Origin: Pseudomonadota bacterium
GTDB lineage: Bacteria; Pseudomonadota; Alphaproteobacteria; Rhodobacterales; Rhodobacteraceae
Reading direction: 5' to 3'
NCBI GenBank assembly: GCA_039187815.1
Contig: JBCCZI010000003.1
Coordinates: forward strand, 39,535-103,534
DNA: 64,000 bases
Position numbers and translations under genes: made by a program
In this document: positions 48,691 to 57,916 of the stretch, one piece after another
Layout: the number at the start of each line of letters is the position of its first letter
How positions within the stretch are numbered: the stretch's first letter is position 1
The notes under the pieces: generated by a model
What the model saw: the letters and a program-made list of their open reading frames with translations, nothing else
Told to the model about the DNA's origin: nothing
Database searches by the model: none

Positions 48691-49995
48691 TTATTGGTAG
48701 CCTTTGGGGAAGGGATCGGGCTCCACGAGCTCGGTGGTCTCGAACACCACTTCGTACTGGCCGTCGTCCTTGGCGCGACCCACGCGGGTCTTGGACCACA
48801 GGTGATGGTTCTCGTGCACCTTCACATAGCCCTCGGGCGCGCTGGTGAACTCGATGCCGGGGCTGGCCGCGCGGACCTTGTCCACATCGAACGAGCCGGC
48901 CTTCTCCACCGCCATCTTCCACAGCCACGGGCCGAGATAGGCGGCCTGGGTCACGTCGCCGATCACCATGTCGTCGCCCCACATCTCCTTGAAGGCTTGG
49001 ACAAAGGCCTGGTTGTTCTCGTTCTCGAGGCTCTGGAAGTACTTCATGCAGGCATAGGCGCCGACGATGTTCTCGCCGCCGATGCCGCGGATCTCGTCCT
49101 CGGTCACCGAGATGGTGAGCAGCAGCGGCTTCTCGTCGGTCATGTCGATCCCGGCGGCCTTCAGCTGCTTGTAGAAGGCGACGTTGGAGCCTCCGACGAC
49201 GATCGCATAGATCACGTCCGGCTTGCGCAGGCGGATCTTGTTGATCACCGAGTTGAACTGCGTGTGGCCGAGCGGATAGTACTCCTCGCCCACGACCTTG
49301 CAGCCTTCCATGAAGTTCTCGATGTGCTTGCGCGCGATCTTGTTCGAGGTGCGCGGCCAGATGTAGTCCGAGCCGAGCAGGTAGAAGGTCTTGGCGCCCT
49401 TGGTCTGGTTCACCCAGTCGAGGCCGGCGATGATCTGCTGGGTCGCCTCTTGGCCTGTGTAGATCACGTTGGGCGACTGCTCGAGACCCTCATAGAAGGT
49501 CGGGTAGTAGAGAAAGCCGTTGTACTGCTCAAAGACCGGCAGCACGGCCTTGCGCGAGGCGCTGGTCCAGCAGCCCATGACGCTGGCCACTTTGTCGTTC
49601 TGCAGCAGTTTGCGCGATTTCTCGGCAAAGGTCGGCCAATCCGAGGCGCCGTCTTCCTGGATGTACTCGATCTTGCGCCCCAGCACGCCGCCCATGGCGT
49701 TGATCTGGTCGATCGCCAGCTTCTCGGCCTGCACCGAGCCGGTCTCCGAGATCGCCATTGTGCCGGTGATCGAGTGCAGGATGCCGATGGTCACCGTGTC
49801 GTCGGTGACCGCGAGCCCGGTGGTGTTCACCTCGGCGGTCGGGAAGTCGGCGGCGCGGGCGCCCGACGGGCGGAACAGCGCCGGCGTCATGGCCGCGGCC
49901 GTCATGCCCATCAGCACGCCGCGGCGGCTGGGGCGCGAGAACTGGGCCGGCAGGCGCGGGCCGCTGCGCTTGGGGTCGTCGGTGTGATCGGTCAT
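48691..49995 (-). CDS. urtA: Urea/amide ABC substrate-binding protein UrtA
   Basis: Tat-like SRRGVL; GILHSITGTMAISE, DGASDWPTFA, GCWTSASRKAVLP, YPTFYEGLE, ENHHL. Confidence 0.93.
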   Translation of the reverse strand: MTDHTDDPKRSGPRLPAQFSRPSRRGVLMGMTAAAMTPALFRPSGARAADFPTAEVNTTGLAVTDDTVTIGILHSITGTMAISETGSVQAEKLAIDQINAMGGVLGRKIEYIQEDGASDWPTFAEKSRKLLQNDKVASVMGCWTSASRKAVLPVFEQYNGFLYYPTFYEGLEQSPNVIYTGQEATQQIIAGLDWVNQTKGAKTFYLLGSDYIWPRTSNKIARKHIENFMEGCKVVGEEYYPLGHTQFNSVINKIRLRKPDVIYAIVVGGSNVAFYKQLKAAGIDMTDEKPLLLTISVTEDEIRGIGGENIVGAYACMKYFQSLENENNQAFVQAFKEMWGDDMVIGDVTQAAYLGPWLWKMAVEKAGSFDVDKVRAASPGIEFTSAPEGYVKVHENHHLWSKTRVGRAKDDGQYEVVFETTELVEPDPFPKGYQ

Positions 49996-50098
49996 CTCGG
50001 GTCCTCCAGATGTGGCATAGTGCCCTAGCGTCGTCTTGCCGCATTGCCTTGTCGGCCGGCATCTCACGCCACCATCCAGAACCTGCCCATCCAGCGGA

Positions 50099-50116
50099 AT
50101 ACGCAGAATTGCGTAT
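50099..50116. promoter_or_regulatory. Inverted repeat in the divergent urtA/kinase intergenic region
   Basis: ATACGCA-gaat-TGCGTAT. Confidence 0.45.
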
Positions 50117-50251
50117 CGCCCTGCGCATTTCATTCCTGCACTATCCTGATGTGAGGCCCGATGCACAGCGGGTGACCTGGGGAGGTGGTCCGGAGCGAGG
50201 CACGAGGAGATCGGCGAGCATGGCTCGGCCGAGACGAGGAGGCTACGCGCC

Positions 50252-53200
50252 GTGCGCGACACCGGACCGTTGTTGACCCACCCTGCGCGCCCGCAGACCT
50301 CGCGGCGCACCTACAACCAATGGGTGGCGAACGAAACGCTCGAGGATTTCGCGCTGCGCTTCACCTCGCGCCGCGCCCGGCGCTGGTCGGCAGGCCGGGT
50401 CGCCAACACGGCGCTCGGCTCAATCTCGTTCCTTGCGCTCGAGGCGATCGGCGGGGCGATCACCCTCTCCTACGGCTTTGACAACGCGGTCTGGGCGATC
50501 CTGGTGGTCGGGCTGATCCTGTTCCTAACGGGCCTGCCGATCAGCTATTACGCGGCCAAGGCCGGGGTGGACATCGACCTGCTGACCCGCGGCGCGGGCT
50601 TTGGCTATATTGGCTCGACGGTCACCTCGCTGATCTATGCGTCCTTCACCTTCATCTTCTTTGCGCTCGAGGCGGCGATCCTGTCGCTCGCGCTGCAGTT
50701 CTGTTTCGGCATCCCGCTCGAGATCGGCTATCTGCTGAACGCGTTGATCGTGATCCCGCTGGCCAGCCACGGCTTCACCCGCATCGGCGCCTTTCAGCAA
50801 TGGACGCAACCGGTCTGGATCGGGCTGCAATTGTTGCCGTTTCTGTTCCTGCTGTGGTCGGGGAGCGAGCTCACCCCCTGGCTCGAGCATGAGGGGCGGC
50901 TGGCCGAGGCGGGGCTCGATCTGCTGCCCTTTGCGCTGGCGGCGGCGGTGATCTTCTCGCTCTCGGCCCAGATCGGCGAGCAGGTGGATTTCCTGCGCTT
51001 TTTGCCCGAGCCCACCACCCCGCGTGAGCGGCTGCACTGGTGGGCCGCCCTGATCGCCGCGGGGCCCGGCTGGGCGGTGCTCGGCACGCTCAAGATGCTT
51101 GCGGGCTCGTTCCTGGCGGTGCTGGCGCTCGAGGCCGGGGTGATCGCCCAACACGCCGTCGAGCCCACGCAGATGTATTTCACCGCCTTCTCCAGCGCCC
51201 TGCCCTGGGAAGGGCTGGCCATCGCCGTCACCGGCATCTTCGTGATCGTCTGCCAGCTCAAGATCAACGTGACCAACGCCTATGCGGGCTCGATCGCCTG
51301 GTCGAACTTCTTTTCGCGCCTGACGCACAGCCATCCGGGTCGCGTCGTCTGGCTCTGCTTCAACGTGCTGATCGCGCTGATGCTGATGGAGTTCGGGGTG
51401 TTCGGCGCGCTCGAGAACACGCTCGGGCTCTATGCCCATGTGGCGGTGGCCTGGGTCGGCGCCCTGGTGGCGGATCTGGTGATCAACAAGCCGCTCGGGT
51501 TCAGCCCCGCACATATCGAGTTCCGCCGCGGCTATCTCTACGACATCAACCCGGTGGGCGCAGGCGCCATGGGGCTGTCGGTCATCGTCTCGCTGGCCTG
51601 CTATCTCGGCGTCTTTGGGCCGCTGGCCGAGGCGATGTCGTGCTTTGTGGCGCTCGGCACCTCGCTGGTGGCCGCGCCGCTGATCGCTTGGGCGACGGGC
51701 GGGCGCTATTACCTGGCGCGCGAGCCGGCCAAGGTCGAGGGCAAGGCGCCCTGCAATCTCTGCGGCCACCGCTTCGATATCGAGGACATGGTCTGCTGTC
51801 CCTTCCATGGCGGCGAGATCTGCTCGCTCTGCTGCACGCTCGATGCCCATTGCACCGATCGCTGCAAGCCGACAGACGGCGCCATGACCCGCCTTGCCGC
51901 CTGGCTGCGGGCGCGCTGGCCCGGCCGCTCGCGCTGGTTGGGGCCGGGGCAGACCAGCCTCTTCATCGGCATCTTCGCGGGCTTTCTGGCGATCATCGGC
52001 GCGGGGCTGTTGCTGATCCACCAGCAGTTGATCCTGACCGATCCGGATGGGGCCGCGATCCTCGAGCGCGGTTTTCTGATGGCCTTCTTCATGCTCTCGC
52101 TGGTGGTCGGCATCGCCACTTGGCTGCATGTGCTGGCGGTTGAGAGCCGGGTGCGCGCACTGCAGGAGGCCGAGCACCAGACCACCCGCCTGGTCGACGA
52201 GATCGCCGCCCACCAGCGCACCGATGCCGCCCTGCAAAAGGCCAAGGAGGACGCTGAAGCCGCCAACGAGGCCAAGAGCCGTTATGTGGTCGGCCTCAGC
52301 CACGAGCTGCGCACCCCGCTGAACGCCATCCTCGGCTATGCCCAGCTGATGGAGGGCGATCCGACCATCCCCGCACACCGCCAGACGGGCATCGGGGTCA
52401 TCCGCCGCTCGGCCGAGCATCTGGGCGGGCTGATCGAGGGCCTGCTCGATATCAGCCGCATCGAGGCGGGCCGGCTCGAGGTCTACCGCGACCTCATCCG
52501 CTTCCCAGACTGTCTCGACCACATCGCCGCGATCTTCCGCATGCAGGCGGCCGAGAAGGGGCTGAGCTTCGAGACCGATTTCGCCCCCGGGCTGCCCCAG
52601 GCGGTGCACGGAGACGAAAAGCGCCTCCGCCAGATCCTGATGAACCTGCTCTCGAACGCGGTGCGCTATACCGACCACGGGGCCGTGCGCTTTGCCGTGC
52701 GCTTCACCAGCGACATCGCGGTGATCGAGATCTCGGACACCGGCCGCGGCATCCCCGAGCCGAAGCGCGAGCTGATCTTCCGCCCCTTTGAGCGGATCGA
52801 GGACCCCACCGCGCCCGTGCCCGGCACCGGTCTCGGCCTCACGATCACCAAGCTGCTCTGCGACATGCTGGGGGGCGAGCTGAAGCTCGAAAGCGCCGTC
52901 GGCGTCGGCAGCACCTTCACTGTGCGCCTCCGCCTGCCACGCGCCCATGCGGACGAAAAGCTCGCCGCCCCGGGCAGCCGGCGCATCCGCGGCTATCTCG
53001 GCCGGCGCCGGCAGATCCTGGTGATCGACGACAATCCCGAGCACCGCAAGCTGGTGGCCGACATCCTCAGCCCGCTGGGCTTCGATCTCAGCTTTGCCGA
53101 AACGGCCGAGGTGGTCGAGGCGATGCTGCCGGATCTCACCCCCGATCTGATCCTGCTCGATGTCGCCATGCCCGGGACCGATGGCTGGACCCTGCTTCGG

Positions 53201-53617
53201 CGGCTGCGCGAAGCCCACGGCGTGACCGCGCCGGTCTTTATGATCTCGGCCCATGCCTTCGACAAACAACGCCATGACGGGCCCGAGCGGCTGCACGACG
53301 CCTTTGTCACCAAACCGATTCGCGTCGACGATCTGCTGACGCGGATCGCCAGCGCGCTGGGGCTGATCTGGACCCATGACGCGGCCGGGCTCGCCCGCCC
53401 CCCGGCTGCGTTTGCGCGGCCGCCCGACGCTGATCTGGCCCCCTTGCGCCATGCGATCGACCGCCACCAGCCGGTGGCCTGCACCGCTGAGCTCGATGCG
53501 CTCGAAGGGCGTGATCCCACCTGGTCCCGCTTTGTCGAAGAGGCTCGCGGCCATCTAGCGAACTTCGATTTCGAGGCGCTGAAGACCCTGGCGGGCGACG
53601 CGGAGGCCACGCCATGA
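50252..53617 (+). CDS. Hybrid sensor histidine kinase with N-terminal permease-like domain (TM permease, Cys-rich linker, HisKA, HATPase, REC)
   Basis: ~12 TM N-terminal region; SHELRTPLNAILG; QILMNLLSNA; DTGRG; GTGLGL; REC DD..LLD..MP; GAGGAGG RBS before GTG. Confidence 0.9.
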   Translation: MRDTGPLLTHPARPQTSRRTYNQWVANETLEDFALRFTSRRARRWSAGRVANTALGSISFLALEAIGGAITLSYGFDNAVWAILVVGLILFLTGLPISYYAAKAGVDIDLLTRGAGFGYIGSTVTSLIYASFTFIFFALEAAILSLALQFCFGIPLEIGYLLNALIVIPLASHGFTRIGAFQQWTQPVWIGLQLLPFLFLLWSGSELTPWLEHEGRLAEAGLDLLPFALAAAVIFSLSAQIGEQVDFLRFLPEPTTPRERLHWWAALIAAGPGWAVLGTLKMLAGSFLAVLALEAGVIAQHAVEPTQMYFTAFSSALPWEGLAIAVTGIFVIVCQLKINVTNAYAGSIAWSNFFSRLTHSHPGRVVWLCFNVLIALMLMEFGVFGALENTLGLYAHVAVAWVGALVADLVINKPLGFSPAHIEFRRGYLYDINPVGAGAMGLSVIVSLACYLGVFGPLAEAMSCFVALGTSLVAAPLIAWATGGRYYLAREPAKVEGKAPCNLCGHRFDIEDMVCCPFHGGEICSLCCTLDAHCTDRCKPTDGAMTRLAAWLRARWPGRSRWLGPGQTSLFIGIFAGFLAIIGAGLLLIHQQLILTDPDGAAILERGFLMAFFMLSLVVGIATWLHVLAVESRVRALQEAEHQTTRLVDEIAAHQRTDAALQKAKEDAEAANEAKSRYVVGLSHELRTPLNAILGYAQLMEGDPTIPAHRQTGIGVIRRSAEHLGGLIEGLLDISRIEAGRLEVYRDLIRFPDCLDHIAAIFRMQAAEKGLSFETDFAPGLPQAVHGDEKRLRQILMNLLSNAVRYTDHGAVRFAVRFTSDIAVIEISDTGRGIPEPKRELIFRPFERIEDPTAPVPGTGLGLTITKLLCDMLGGELKLESAVGVGSTFTVRLRLPRAHADEKLAAPGSRRIRGYLGRRRQILVIDDNPEHRKLVADILSPLGFDLSFAETAEVVEAMLPDLTPDLILLDVAMPGTDGWTLLRRLREAHGVTAPVFMISAHAFDKQRHDGPERLHDAFVTKPIRVDDLLTRIASALGLIWTHDAAGLARPPAAFARPPDADLAPLRHAIDRHQPVACTAELDALEGRDPTWSRFVEEARGHLANFDFEALKTLAGDAEATP

Positions 53618-54525
53618 GCAGCTATCACGCCCAACGCGACATCGTCCTGCTGGTCGATGACAGCCCCGAGACCCTCGGCATGTTGACCGAGACGCTGGAA
53701 CAGGCCGGCCTGACGGTGGTGGTCGCCCGCGACGGGCTGTCGGCGCTGTCGCTGCTCGAGCGGGTGGATCCGGATGTGGTGCTGCTCGACGCCATCATGC
53801 CCGGGATCGACGGGTTCGAGACCTGCCGGCGGCTGAAAGAGGACCCGCGCTTTGCCGTGACGCCGGTGATCTTCATGACCGGCCTCAGCGAGAGCGCGGA
53901 TGTGGTGCGCGGGCTCGAGGCGGGCGGCGTCGACTATGTCACCAAGCCGGTGGACACCGATGCGCTGGTCGCGCGGATCTCGGTGCATGCGGCCAATGCG
54001 CGGGTGGTGGCCGAGGCGCGCACAGCGCTCGATGCCGCGGGGCGGGCGGTGCTGGCGCTCGACGATGCGGCCGATGTGCAATGGGCCTCGCCCCAGGCCG
54101 CGCAACTGGCCGAGCGGCTGATCGACCCCGAGACGCCCAGCCCCGATGCGCTGATCGACTGGCTTGGGCGCAACCGCACGCGGCCAGTCTCGGACATAGA
54201 CCCGCTGCGCCTGGCCGATTGGGGCAAGCGCGGGCTCGAGGTCGCCTATCTCGCGCGCACGGCCAAAGGTGCGCATCTGGTGCGCATCAAGCCCGAGAGC
54301 GACGGGCCGCTGTCGGGCGGGATCGGCGAGCGCTTTGGCCTGACCCCGCGCGAGGCCGAGGTGCTGGCCTGGCTCGCCCGCGGCAAGTCGAACCGGGATA
54401 TCGCGACGATCCTATCGCTCAGCCCCCGGACGGTGACCAAGCATCTCGAGCAGATCTATGCCAAGCTCGGCGTCGACAACCGCACCTCGGCGGTGGCGAT
54501 CGTGCTGACCAGCCGCGAGGGCTGA
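53614..54525 (+). CDS. Response regulator (REC plus LuxR HTH)
   Basis: LLVDD, LLDAIMPGIDG, DYVTKP; LTPREAEVL..GKSNRDIA.IL.LS.RTV.KHL. Confidence 0.92.
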   Translation: MSSYHAQRDIVLLVDDSPETLGMLTETLEQAGLTVVVARDGLSALSLLERVDPDVVLLDAIMPGIDGFETCRRLKEDPRFAVTPVIFMTGLSESADVVRGLEAGGVDYVTKPVDTDALVARISVHAANARVVAEARTALDAAGRAVLALDDAADVQWASPQAAQLAERLIDPETPSPDALIDWLGRNRTRPVSDIDPLRLADWGKRGLEVAYLARTAKGAHLVRIKPESDGPLSGGIGERFGLTPREAEVLAWLARGKSNRDIATILSLSPRTVTKHLEQIYAKLGVDNRTSAVAIVLTSREG

Positions 54526-54545
54526 GGCTCGGCCGGCATACCCCG

Positions 54546-55601
54546 TCAGCCTGCATGCCCCGCTGTGCTGGCCCGCGGCAGCAGACGCGCCGTCACGGTG
54601 ACCTGGGTGTCGCGATCCGCCACCGCGTCCGCGTCCCCTCCATCCCCCGCCTCCCCGGCAAGGGCCTCCAAGATCACCCGGGCCGCCTCGACGCCGATTC
54701 GGTGCGCCTGGACATCGATGGTCGTGATCGCCGGCAGCGCGATCTCGGCCACGTCATAGGCGCCGAAGCCGGCGACGGCCAGGCGCTCGGGCACCGCAAG
54801 GCCGCGCCGCAGCGCCGCCGTCATGGCGCCAAAGGCCGAGAGATCCGAGACGCACATGACCGCCGTCGTGTCCGGCCAACGCGCCAGCAAGCGCTCCATG
54901 GCCGCGGCCCCTTGGTGCATGCTGATCGGCGGATCGAGATCGGCGACCAACCGGTCGCTGGCCAGCCCCGCATCGCGCAAGGCGCCCAGAAAGCCGCGCT
55001 GGCGGTCGGCTCCCCGGGTGTCGCGGGCGCCATTGCCGCCGATGAAGGCAATGCGCCTATGCCCGCGCTCGACCAGATGCCGCGCCATCCGCGCCGCCGC
55101 CTCGGCGTTCGAGAAGCCGACCACCCGGTCGATCGGCGCCGCGGGCTGGTCCCAGGTCTCGACCACCGGCACGCCCGCATTGGCCAGCAGCCGGCGGCAA
55201 CGCGCGGTATGCGCACCGCCTGTGACCACGATCGCCTCGGGGCGGCGGCGCAGAAACGCCTCGACCAGCCGCTCCTCCTCGGCGAGATCATAATCCGTGT
55301 AGCCCAGCAACAGCTGCAGCCCGCTGTCGAGCAGACCCTCGGTCAGCCCCCGCGCGGTGTCCGCAAAATTCGCGTTGTTGATCGAGGGGATGGTCATCGC
55401 AACAAAGCCCGAGCGGCGCGAGGCAAAGGCCGCCGCCGTCCCGTCGACCACATAGCCGAGCTCATCGGCCGCCGCGCGAATCCGCGCCCGGGTCTCGGCG
55501 CTGACGGCGGTGTTGGGCCTGAGCGCCCGGCTGACCGTCATCGGAGACACGCCAGCCAGTTGCGCCACATCGGCCATCGTGGGTTTCTGTTGGCCAGGCA
55601 T
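54546..55601 (-). CDS. LacI-family regulator (GntR-like)
   Basis: PTMADVAQLAGVSPMTVSRAL; IPSINNANF. Confidence 0.9.
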   Translation of the reverse strand: MPGQQKPTMADVAQLAGVSPMTVSRALRPNTAVSAETRARIRAAADELGYVVDGTAAAFASRRSGFVAMTIPSINNANFADTARGLTEGLLDSGLQLLLGYTDYDLAEEERLVEAFLRRRPEAIVVTGGAHTARCRRLLANAGVPVVETWDQPAAPIDRVVGFSNAEAAARMARHLVERGHRRIAFIGGNGARDTRGADRQRGFLGALRDAGLASDRLVADLDPPISMHQGAAAMERLLARWPDTTAVMCVSDLSAFGAMTAALRRGLAVPERLAVAGFGAYDVAEIALPAITTIDVQAHRIGVEAARVILEALAGEAGDGGDADAVADRDTQVTVTARLLPRASTAGHAG

Positions 55602-55623
55602 TGGGGGGATGCGCCTCGGCAAA

Positions 55624-55639
55624 ATGTTACCGGTATCAT
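55624..55639. promoter_or_regulatory. GntR(LacI)-type operator
   Basis: ATGTTACCGGTATCAT imperfect palindrome upstream of the regulator. Confidence 0.7.
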
Positions 55640-55668
55640 TGCTAGGGCCGAGGCGGCGCCCCTGTCAA

Positions 55669-56691
55669 TCACGCCCGCAGGATCGCCCGCGTCGTGGCAC
55701 CGGGTGCGAGCGCCACGGGCATGGCGAGACAGGGCTCGGGCCGCACGCCGCGAATCGCCGCCACCAGCAGGCGCGCAGCGGTCTTGCCCATCTGTTCGCG
55801 CGGGGTCTCGGAGGTCGTCAGCCGCCGCGGCAGCACATCGTTGATGTTGAGCCCGTTGAAGCCCGCGACGCCGATATCGCCCGGCACCGAGAGCCCGGCC
55901 GCCTCACAGGCCATCAGCCCGCCAAAGGCGAGGTGGTCGTTCAAAAAATACAGAACATCGGGCCGCGGCGAGCGGGCCAGGGCGCGGCGCGCCCCGATAT
56001 GGCCGGTCTCGAAGGAGGGCGGGCCGTCGACGCGCTGCTGGGCCAGCGCCACGCCGTGCTCGGCAAAGGCTTCGGCCAGCCCGGCGGCGCGCTTCTCGGC
56101 CCGCGGATCGCGCCCAGGGCGGATGCCGATATAGGCCGGGCGCCGATAGCCGAGGCCCGCCAGATGCCGCCCCATTGCCGCGCCCGCCGCCCGGTGGTCG
56201 ATGCCGACGCAAAGATCGATCGGCCGCGGCGTCACGTCCCAGATCTCGAGCACCGGGATCCCCGCGCTCTCGAGCCGGGCCCGCGCCTTGGGCGCATGGT
56301 CGACGCCCGAGAGCACCAGGGCCGCCGGCGACCATTTGATCATGCGCTCGATCCAGGCGGCCTCGCGCGCGCGGCTGTAATCCGAGGTCTCGATGATGGT
56401 CTCGAGCCCCGCATGGGTCAGGGTCACCCGCATGCCCGAGATGATCTCGGCAAAGACCGCGTCGAACAGGGTCGGCACCGAGATGCAGACAAGGTTCGAG
56501 GTCGCGCGCGCCAGCGATCCGGCGAGCCGGCTGGGGGCATAGCCCATCTCGGCCGCCAGACGCGTGATGCGGGCGCGGGTCGCCTCCGAGACCCCCTCGA
56601 CGCCCCGCAGCGCCCGGCTGACGGACATGATCGAGACCCCCGCGGCCCGGGCCACATCCTCGATCCGAACCGTGCCCGGCTCCCGGCCCAT
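55669..56691 (-). CDS. LacI-family regulator (GntR-like)
   Basis: IEDVARAAGVSIMSVSRAL; VPTLFDAVF. Confidence 0.9.
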   Translation of the reverse strand: MGREPGTVRIEDVARAAGVSIMSVSRALRGVEGVSEATRARITRLAAEMGYAPSRLAGSLARATSNLVCISVPTLFDAVFAEIISGMRVTLTHAGLETIIETSDYSRAREAAWIERMIKWSPAALVLSGVDHAPKARARLESAGIPVLEIWDVTPRPIDLCVGIDHRAAGAAMGRHLAGLGYRRPAYIGIRPGRDPRAEKRAAGLAEAFAEHGVALAQQRVDGPPSFETGHIGARRALARSPRPDVLYFLNDHLAFGGLMACEAAGLSVPGDIGVAGFNGLNINDVLPRRLTTSETPREQMGKTAARLLVAAIRGVRPEPCLAMPVALAPGATTRAILRA

Positions 56692-56705
56692 CGCCGCCCC
56701 TCTCT

Positions 56706-56721
56706 ACGTTAGCGCTAACGT
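56706..56721. promoter_or_regulatory. LacI-type operator (perfect 16-bp palindrome)
   Basis: ACGTTAGCGCTAACGT. Confidence 0.72.
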
Positions 56722-56769
56722 TCTTTTTCCGAGCATCCCGCTTGCCTTGCAAGCGCATTTCCTGCGACG

Positions 56770-56783
56770 CGTTACCGATAACA
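56770..56783. promoter_or_regulatory. GntR(LacI)-type operator upstream of the ABC operon
   Basis: CGTTACCGATAACA. Confidence 0.7.
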
Positions 56784-56807
56784 AAAACATATCGGGAGGG
56801 CCCCAGC

Positions 56808-57890
56808 ATGCCCCGCATCATGCTGGACAAGGTCGAGAAGAGTTTCGGCCCGGTGCGCGTGCTGCATCCGCTCGAGCTCGACTTTGCCGACGGCGAGTTC
56901 ACCGTGCTGGTGGGCCCGTCCGGCTGTGGCAAGTCCACGACGCTGCGAATCCTCGCCGGTCTCGAGACCGCGAGCGGCGGCGAGATCTATTTCGACGACA
57001 CGCCGATCAGCCACCTCGAGCCCAAAGACCGCGACATCGCCATGGTGTTCCAGGATTATGCGCTCTATCCGCATATGAACATCGCGCGGAACATGTCCTT
57101 TGCGCTGCGCCTCCAGCGCACGCCGCGGGCCGAGATCGACGCCAAGGTCAAGCGCGTCGCCGAGATGCTGAACATCGCCCATCTGCTGGCGCGCAAACCC
57201 GCCGAGCTTTCGGGCGGCCAGCGCCAGCGGGTCGCCATGGGCCGCGCCCTGGTGCGCGATGCCGGCACCTTCCTGTTCGACGAGCCGCTGTCGAACCTCG
57301 ACGCCAAGCTGCGCGCGCGGATGCGCACCGAACTGGCCGAGATGCGCGACCGCATCGACAAAAACATGATCTATGTCACCCACGACCAGATCGAGGCGAT
57401 GACCCTCGGCGACCGCATCGTGGTGATGGCCGATGGGGTGGTGCAGCAGCAGGGCACCCCGCAGGAGCTGTTCGAGCGCCCCGTCAACCGCTTTGTCGCG
57501 GGGTTCATCGGGACGCCGACCATGAACTTCCTCGATGGCAGCCTCAGCGCCGCCGAGGACCGGCTCTGGGTCGAGGGCGACGGATACCGCCTGCCGCTGG
57601 CGCCCGAGTTGGCAGCGCGGCTTGGCAACGCGCCCGCGCGCCGGGTGGTGATGGGCATCCGCCCCTCGGCCTTCAGCCCCGACCCGGATGCCGGCGCGCC
57701 GATCGCGCTGACGCTGGTGGTCTCGGAATATCTCGGGACCCAGAGCGTGCTCGTCACCCGCTGCGGCGCCACCGAGGTGCAGGTCGAGATCGCCGGCGGC
57801 CCAAAGGCCAAGCCGGGCGAGACCATGACCTTTGCCGTGCCGCCGGACGCCATCCGCCTCTTCGACGCCGAGAGCGGCAAGACGCTCTGA
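56808..57890 (+). CDS. Carbohydrate ABC transporter ATPase (CUT1, MalK-like)
   Basis: GPSGCGKST, MVFQDYALYPHM, LSGGQRQRVAMGRA, FDEPLSNLDAKLR. Confidence 0.93.
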   Translation: MPRIMLDKVEKSFGPVRVLHPLELDFADGEFTVLVGPSGCGKSTTLRILAGLETASGGEIYFDDTPISHLEPKDRDIAMVFQDYALYPHMNIARNMSFALRLQRTPRAEIDAKVKRVAEMLNIAHLLARKPAELSGGQRQRVAMGRALVRDAGTFLFDEPLSNLDAKLRARMRTELAEMRDRIDKNMIYVTHDQIEAMTLGDRIVVMADGVVQQQGTPQELFERPVNRFVAGFIGTPTMNFLDGSLSAAEDRLWVEGDGYRLPLAPELAARLGNAPARRVVMGIRPSAFSPDPDAGAPIALTLVVSEYLGTQSVLVTRCGATEVQVEIAGGPKAKPGETMTFAVPPDAIRLFDAESGKTL

Positions 57891-57916
57891 ACCACAACAA
57901 AACGGGAGGAACCCTC

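Noticed and set aside
50525-53554. 1009-aa minus-strand ORF
   Set aside because: Antisense shadow of the hybrid kinase; no domain motifs.
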